A stretch of 29,596 nt of DNA from a virus (Duplodnaviria > Heunggongvirae > Uroviricota > Caudoviricetes): the IMG/VR virus record IMGVR_UViG_2541047905_000021. One strand, written 5' to 3'. Shown here piece after piece: positions 24,061-29,596 of this stretch. Position 1 is the stretch's first letter. Each line of letters opens with the position of its first letter. The notes under the pieces were generated by a model. It did no database searches and was not told the DNA's origin. It worked only from the letters and a program-made list of their open reading frames with translations. The translations under genes were made by a program, and so were the position numbers.

Positions 24061-26500
24061 CAATGTAAAATTACAGGTATTGCTCAGGGCTGTTGACCAG
24101 GCATCCCGCCCGTTTAAATCCATCCGCACAGCGAGTAAGTCGCTGTCGGGGGATATCCGGGAAACACAAAAATCACTGCGCGAGCTGAACGGTCACGCAT
24201 CCCGTATTGAGGGATTTCGCAAGACCAGCGCACAGCTTGCCGTGACTGGTCATGCACTTGAAAAGGCACGGCAGGAAGCCGAAGCCCTTGCCACACAGTT
24301 TAAAAACACTGAACGTCCGACCCGTGCTCAGGCGAAAGTGCTGGAATCCGCAAAGCGTGCGGCGGAGGACTTACAGGCGAAATATAACCGCCTGACAGAT
24401 TCCATTAAACGCCAGCAGCGGGAACTGGCCGCTGTGGGAATTAATACCCGCAATCTTGCACATGATGAGCAGGGACTGAAAAACCGTATCAGTGAAACCA
24501 CCGCACAGCTTAACCGTCAGCGTGACGCGCTGGCGCGTGTCAGTGCACAACAGGCAAAACTTAACGCAGTAAAACAGCGTTATCAGGCCGGAAAGGAACT
24601 GGCCGGAAATATGGCCTCAGTGGGCGCTGCCGGTGTGGGGATTGCTGCTGCGGGAACGATGGCCGGAGTTAAGTTGCTGATGCCCGGTTATGAGTTTGCG
24701 CAGAAAAACTCAGAATTGCAGGCTGTGCTCGGTGTGGCAAAAGACTCCGCCGAAATGGCTGCACTACGCAAGCAGGCGCGCCAGCTCGGCGACAATACCG
24801 CAGCCTCGGCAGATGATGCAGCCGGTGCGCAGATTATTATTGCGAAAGCCGGTGGGGATGTTGATGCCATTCAGGCGGCAACGCCGGTCACGCTGAATAT
24901 GGCGCTGGCGAACCGTCGCACGATGGAAGAAAACGCCGCCCTGCTGATGGGGATGAAATCCGCCTTTCAGCTTTCAAACGATAAGGTCGCTCATATCGGG
25001 GATGTTCTCTCCATGACGATGAACAAAACCGCCGCCGATTTTGACGGTATGAGCGATGCGCTGACCTATGCCGCACCAGTGGCAAAAAATGCCGGTGTCA
25101 GCATTGAAGAAACCGCCGCAATGGTCGGGGCGCTGCATGACGCAAAAATTACTGGTTCAATGGCGGGGACGGGAAGCCGTGCCGTGTTAAGCCGCCTGCA
25201 GGCACCGACGGGAAAAGCATGGGATGCACTCAAAGAGCTTGGTGTGAAAACCTCAGACAGCAAGGGAAATACCCGACCAGTATTTACCATTCTGAAAGAA
25301 ATGCAGGCCAGTTTTGAGAAAAACCGGCTCGGTACTGCCCAGCAGGCTGAATACATGAAAACTATTTTCGGGGAGGAGGCCAGCTCAGCCGCCGCCGTGC
25401 TGATGACTGCCGCCTCAACTGGAAAGCTGGACAAACTGACCGCTGCGTTTAAAGCCTCAGACGGGAAGACCGCTGAGCTGGTAAATATCATGCAGGACAA
25501 CCTCGGCGGTGACTTTAAGGAGTTTCAGTCCGCTTATGAGGCGGTGGGGACTGACCTGTTTGACCAGCAGGAAGGCGCACTGCGTAAGCTCACGCAGACG
25601 GCCACAAAGTATGTGTTAAAACTCGACGGCTGGATACAGAAAAACAAATCACTGGCGTCAACCATCGGCATCATTGTCGGTGGTGCACTGGCGCTGATTG
25701 GTGTCATCGGTGCCATTGGCCTCGTAGCCTGGCCGGTTATCACCGGCATCAATGCCATCATCGCGGCAGCAGGCGCAATGGGAGCAATCTTCACGACGGT
25801 TGGCAGTGCTGTTATGACGGCCATCGGGGCGATTAGCTGGCCGGTTGTGGCCGTGGTGGCCGCCATTGTCGCCGGGGCGTTACTTATCCGTAAATACTGG
25901 GAGCCTGTCAGCGCATTCTTTGGCGGTGTGGTTGAAGGGCTGAAAGCGGCATTTGCGCCGGTGGGGGAACTGTTCACGCCACTTAAGCCGGTGTTTGACT
26001 GGCTGGGCGAAAAGTTACAGGCCGCGTGGCAGTGGTTTAAAAACCTGATTGCCCCGGTCAAAGCCACCCGGGACACCCTGAACCGTTGCCGTGATACGGG
26101 CGTCATGTTCGGGCAGGCACTGGCTGACGCGTTGATGCTGCCGCTTAATGCGTTCAACAAACTGCGCAGCGGTATTGACTGGGTACTGGAAAAACTCGGT
26201 GTTATCAACAAAGAGTCAGGCACGCTTGACCAGACCGCCGCCAGAACTCATGCCGCCACGTATGGCACCGGTGGTTATATTCCGGCGACCAGCTCTTATG
26301 CAGGCTATCAGGCTTATCAGCCGGTCACGGCACCGGCTGGCCGCTCTTATGTGGACCAGAGTAAAAACGAATATCACATCAGCCTGACGGGTGGTACTGC
26401 ACCGGGGACACAGCTTGACCGCCAGTTACAGGATGCGCTCGAAAAATACGAGCGGGATAAACGTGCGCGCGCCCGTGCCAGCATGATGCATGACGGTTAA
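24053..26500 (+). CDS. T: Tail tape measure protein gpT
   Basis: 815 aa, the P2 gpT length. It has coiled-coil N-terminal and Ala/Gly-rich hydrophobic central segments. Confidence 0.9.
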   Translation: MSNNVKLQVLLRAVDQASRPFKSIRTASKSLSGDIRETQKSLRELNGHASRIEGFRKTSAQLAVTGHALEKARQEAEALATQFKNTERPTRAQAKVLESAKRAAEDLQAKYNRLTDSIKRQQRELAAVGINTRNLAHDEQGLKNRISETTAQLNRQRDALARVSAQQAKLNAVKQRYQAGKELAGNMASVGAAGVGIAAAGTMAGVKLLMPGYEFAQKNSELQAVLGVAKDSAEMAALRKQARQLGDNTAASADDAAGAQIIIAKAGGDVDAIQAATPVTLNMALANRRTMEENAALLMGMKSAFQLSNDKVAHIGDVLSMTMNKTAADFDGMSDALTYAAPVAKNAGVSIEETAAMVGALHDAKITGSMAGTGSRAVLSRLQAPTGKAWDALKELGVKTSDSKGNTRPVFTILKEMQASFEKNRLGTAQQAEYMKTIFGEEASSAAAVLMTAASTGKLDKLTAAFKASDGKTAELVNIMQDNLGGDFKEFQSAYEAVGTDLFDQQEGALRKLTQTATKYVLKLDGWIQKNKSLASTIGIIVGGALALIGVIGAIGLVAWPVITGINAIIAAAGAMGAIFTTVGSAVMTAIGAISWPVVAVVAAIVAGALLIRKYWEPVSAFFGGVVEGLKAAFAPVGELFTPLKPVFDWLGEKLQAAWQWFKNLIAPVKATRDTLNRCRDTGVMFGQALADALMLPLNAFNKLRSGIDWVLEKLGVINKESGTLDQTAARTHAATYGTGGYIPATSSYAGYQAYQPVTAPAGRSYVDQSKNEYHISLTGGTAPGTQLDRQLQDALEKYERDKRARARASMMHDG

Positions 26501-26514
26501 GGAGGTGACGAAAA

Positions 26515-26994
26515 ATGATGCTCGCGTTAGGTATGTTTGTTTTTATGCGCCAGACGCTGCCACACCAGACCATGCAGCGTGAATCAGATTATCGCTGGCC
26601 GTCAAATTCCCGTATCGGTAAACGGGATGCCTACCAGTTTCTCGGCGTTGGTGAGGAAAACATGACGCTTGCCGGTGTGCTTTATCCCGAACTGACCGGC
26701 GGCAAGCTGACGATGACCACGCTCAGACTGATGGCAGAGGAAGGCCGGGCGTGGCCGTTGCTGGATGGCACCGGCATGATTTACGGCATGTATGTCATCA
26801 GCAAGGTGAGTGAAACAGGGAGTATTTTCTTTGCAGACGGCACACCCCGGAAAATTGATTTTACGCTGTCGCTCACCCGCGTTGATGAATCACTGGCCGC
26901 GCTTTATGGCGATATCGGTAAACAGGCGGAATCGCTCATCGGTAAGGCTGGCAGTATGGCGACTAAATTCACGGGTATGACGGGGGCGGGATAA
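26515..26994 (+). CDS. U: Tail protein gpU
   Basis: 159 aa, the P2 gpU length. Confidence 0.85.
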   Translation: MMLALGMFVFMRQTLPHQTMQRESDYRWPSNSRIGKRDAYQFLGVGEENMTLAGVLYPELTGGKLTMTTLRLMAEEGRAWPLLDGTGMIYGMYVISKVSETGSIFFADGTPRKIDFTLSLTRVDESLAALYGDIGKQAESLIGKAGSMATKFTGMTGAG

Positions 26995-28157
26995 TGCTGG
27001 ATGCACTGACATTTGATGCAGGCAGTACGCTGACGCCGGATTACATGCTGATGCTCGACAGCAGGGATATTACCGGCAATATCAGCGACCGTCTGATGAG
27101 CATGACCCTGACGGATAACCGGGGCTTTGAGGCTGACCAGCTTGATATTGAACTGAACGATGCCGACGGGCAGGTCGGACTACCGATTCGTGGCGCTGTC
27201 CTGACGGTGTATATCGGCTGGAAAGGTTTTGCCCTGGTATGCAAAGGGAAATTTACCGTTGATGAGGTTGAACACCGGGGCGCACCGGATGTGGTCACCA
27301 TCCGCGCCCGGAGTGCAGATTTTCGCGGGACGCTCAATTCCCGCCGTGAAGGCTCATGGCATGACACCACGCTCGGTGCGATTGTTGAGGCGATAGCCTC
27401 CCGTAACAGGCTGGAAGCCAGTGTCGCTCCGTCACTGGCCGGAATTAAAATCCCGCACATCGACCAGTCGCAGGAGTCTGATGCGAAATTTCTGACCCGT
27501 CTTGCAGAACGCAACGGCGGTGAGGTGTCGGTAAAAATGGGAAAACTGCTGTTTCTCAAAGCGGGGCAGGGGGTGACGGCCAGCGGTAAAAAAATCCCGC
27601 AGGTCACCATCACCCGCAGCGACGGTGACCGCCATCATTTTGCGATTGCTGACCGTGGAGCCTACACCGGCGTAACGGCAAAGTGGTTACACACCAAAGA
27701 CCCGAAGCCGCAAAAGCAGAAGGTAAAACTGAAACGCAAAAAGAAAGAAAAACACCTGCGCGCACTGGAGCACCCGAAAGCAAAACCGGTCAGGCAGAAG
27801 AAAGCGCCAAAAGTACCGGAAGCGCGCGAAGGTGAATACATGGCCGGTGAGGCTGACAACGTTTTTGCCCTGACCACGGTATATGCCACGAAAGCACAGG
27901 CCATGCGTGCCGCTCAGGCGAAGTGGGATAAACTGCAACGGGGCGTTGCGGAGTTCTCCATCAGCCTGGCTACCGGTCGTGCTGATATTTACACGGAAAC
28001 ACCGGTTAAAGTATCAGGCTTTAAGCGCGTCATAGACGAGCAGGACTGGACAATCACTAAGGTGACACATTTTCTGAATAATAGCGGCTTCACGACGTCC
28101 TTAGAGCTTGAGGTCAGGCTTTCTGATGTGGAGTACGAAACAGAAGATGATGAGTGA
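26994..28157 (+). CDS. D: Tail/baseplate hub protein gpD
   Basis: 387 aa, the P2 gpD length. Its start overlaps the U stop. Confidence 0.85.
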   Translation: MLDALTFDAGSTLTPDYMLMLDSRDITGNISDRLMSMTLTDNRGFEADQLDIELNDADGQVGLPIRGAVLTVYIGWKGFALVCKGKFTVDEVEHRGAPDVVTIRARSADFRGTLNSRREGSWHDTTLGAIVEAIASRNRLEASVAPSLAGIKIPHIDQSQESDAKFLTRLAERNGGEVSVKMGKLLFLKAGQGVTASGKKIPQVTITRSDGDRHHFAIADRGAYTGVTAKWLHTKDPKPQKQKVKLKRKKKEKHLRALEHPKAKPVRQKKAPKVPEAREGEYMAGEADNVFALTTVYATKAQAMRAAQAKWDKLQRGVAEFSISLATGRADIYTETPVKVSGFKRVIDEQDWTITKVTHFLNNSGFTTSLELEVRLSDVEYETEDDE

Positions 28158-28175
28158 TGTAATTTATTTATCTGT

Positions 28176-28204
28176 TTGTTTTATAAGGATAAATTAACTA
28201 AAAT
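28176..28204 (+). promoter_or_regulatory. Candidate ogr promoter: -35 TTGTTT (28176-28181), 17-bp spacer, -10 TAAAAT (28199-28204)
   Basis: The hexamers and spacing were read from the sequence. It lies in an AT-rich tract between D and ogr. Confidence 0.45.
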
Positions 28205-28238
28205 GGCACTATCAACAAAACCGGAAGAGGTGCTCGCG

Positions 28239-28457
28239 ATGTTTCATTGTCCTTTATGCCAGCATGCCGCACATGCGCGTACAAGCCGCTATATCACTGA
28301 CACGACAAAAGAGCGTTATCACCAGTGTCAGAACGTGAATTGCAGCGCCACGTTCATCACCTATGAGTCGGTACAGAGATACATCGTGAAGCCGGGAGAA
28401 GTCCACGCCGTAAGGCCGCACCCGTTGCCGTCAGGGCAGCAAATTATGTGGATGTGA
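28239..28457 (+). CDS. ogr: Late gene transcriptional activator Ogr (zinc finger)
   Basis: 72 aa from MFHCPLCQHAAHARTSRYI, the P2 Ogr length, with the CxxC...CxxxxC zinc-finger pattern. Confidence 0.9.
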   Translation: MFHCPLCQHAAHARTSRYITDTTKERYHQCQNVNCSATFITYESVQRYIVKPGEVHAVRPHPLPSGQQIMWM

Positions 28458-28467
28458 TCACAAAAAT

Positions 28468-28494
28468 AGCCCCTCAGTTGAGGGGCTTTATTTA
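28468..28494 (+). terminator. Intrinsic terminator after ogr (AGCCCCTC-AGTT-GAGGGGCT-TTATTTA)
   Basis: An 8-bp perfect stem with a T-rich tail begins 11 nt after the ogr stop. Confidence 0.8.
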
Positions 28495-28500
28495 TGGTCG

Positions 28501-28519
28501 ATGTGGACGCTATGTGGAC
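28501..28519. repeat. Direct repeats ATGTGGAC (28501-28508 and 28512-28519); candidate Int arm-type binding sites of the P' arm
   Basis: The copies are exact 8-mers spaced 11 bp apart (one helical turn), between ogr and the host junction. As I recall, the P2 Int arm consensus is TGTGGACA. A degenerate third copy, ATGTGGAT, is at 28446-28453. Confidence 0.55.
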
Positions 28520-28585
28520 AGCGGTTGACATAAATCCATTTATATCATCAGGTTAGGTGCTTTTTTTTGACACCATCCCTGTCTT

Positions 28586-28612
28586 CCCCCACATGCTGTG
28601 GGGGTTTTTTTT
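28586..28612 (+). terminator. Host intrinsic terminator (CCCCCACA-TGC-TGTGGGGG-T8), probably the cpxP 3' end / CpxQ terminator
   Basis: The hairpin plus T8 run is strong. In E. coli K-12, cpxP lies immediately upstream of fieF in the same orientation. The sequence GACACCATCCCTGTCTTCCCCCACATGCTGTGGGGGTTTTTTTT matches my recollection of the CpxQ 3' part. Confidence 0.6.
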
Positions 28613-28693
28613 ATCCTCAATTTGCCTGCTGCTTAATGCATTGCAGATGATTTGCTTCCGTTATACTAGCGTCAGTTGATAGCGGGAGTATTT

Positions 28694-29596
28694 ATGAATC
28701 AATCTTATGGACGGCTGGTCAGTCGGGCGGCGATTGCTGCGACGGCGATGGCTTCGCTGCTATTGCTGATTAAAATTTTTGCATGGTGGTATACCGGGTC
28801 GGTGAGTATTCTCGCCGCGCTGGTGGATTCGCTGGTGGATATCGGCGCGTCGTTGACGAATTTATTGGTGGTGCGATATTCCCTGCAACCTGCCGACGAT
28901 AATCACTCGTTTGGTCACGGTAAAGCTGAGTCCCTCGCGGCGCTGGCGCAAAGTATGTTTATCTCCGGTTCGGCACTATTCCTGTTTTTGACGGGTATTC
29001 AACATCTGATATCTCCAACACCGATGACAGATCCAGGCGTCGGGGTTATCGTGACAATTGTGGCGCTAATTTGTACGATTATCCTTGTCTCGTTTCAGCG
29101 TTGGGTGGTGCGGCGGACGCAAAGCCAGGCGGTGCGGGCTGATATGCTACATTACCAGTCTGATGTTATGATGAACGGCGCAATTCTGCTGGCGCTGGGG
29201 TTGTCCTGGTACGGCTGGCATCGCGCCGATGCTCTGTTTGCATTGGGAATCGGCATCTATATTTTATATAGCGCGTTACGCATGGGATATGAGGCGGTAC
29301 AGTCATTACTGGATCGCGCATTGCCTGATGAGGAACGGCAAGAAATTATTGATATCGTGACTTCCTGGCCGGGTGTTAGCGGCGCTCACGATCTTCGCAC
29401 GCGGCAGTCAGGGCCGACCCGCTTTATTCAGATTCATTTGGAAATGGAAGACTCTCTGCCTTTGGTTCAGGCACATATGGTGGCGGATCAGGTAGAGCAG
29501 GCTATTTTACGGCGTTTTCCGGGATCGGATGTAATTATCCATCAGGACCCCTGTTCCGTCGTACCCAGGGAGGGTAAACGGTCTATGCTTTCATAA
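28694..29596 (+). CDS. fieF: Cation diffusion facilitator (ferrous iron/zinc efflux pump) FieF/YiiP, a host gene
   Basis: 300 aa from [36 protein letters not shown], recognisably E. coli FieF. The stop is at the last base of the window. Confidence 0.95.

Noticed and set aside
25640-25900. A strongly hydrophobic Ala/Gly/Ile-rich stretch, considered as a separate membrane protein gene
   Set aside because: It is continuous and in frame with tape measure T, and such segments are typical of tape measure proteins.
25534-27613. Minus-strand ORFs 25534-26223 and 27041-27613
   Set aside because: They are antisense to tape measure T and to D. The Ala/Thr/Ser-rich translations mirror the sense-strand codon bias.

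Overview
The window holds a nearly complete P2-family (Peduovirus-like) prophage of about 28.5 kb in prophage order, followed by the host gene fieF (yiiP) of Escherichia/Shigella type. The order is int, C, cox, orf78, B, orf80-83, A, a cargo hotspot, cos, Q/P (minus strand), O-N-M-L, X, lysis genes, R-S, V-W-J-I-H-G, FI-FII-E/E'-T-U-D, ogr, attR. attL lies off-window to the left, because the int stop codon is at bases 1-3. Almost every structural and replication gene has the length of its P2 counterpart. The differences are concentrated in four places. First, the C/cox immunity region carries its own operator repeats. Second, tail-fibre gene H is about 200 codons longer than in P2 and has a different distal half. 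Third, the G-FI (Z/fun) hotspot is empty. Fourth, the gpA-cos hotspot, where P2 carries orf91/tin/old, holds about 0.9 kb of AT-rich DNA with no long ORF. In that hotspot I find the most interesting signal, an architecture resembling a type I toxin-antitoxin system. A 37-aa hydrophobic peptide ORF with a strong Shine-Dalgarno sequence lies on the minus strand. A convergent candidate sRNA of about 73 nt lies on the plus strand. Its predicted 5' end is an exact copy of a 15-nt sequence in the peptide mRNA leader, so the two RNAs would be perfectly complementary. Both units end at one shared bidirectional intrinsic terminator. All functional assignments come from recognising protein sequences and motifs by eye; no database search was run.
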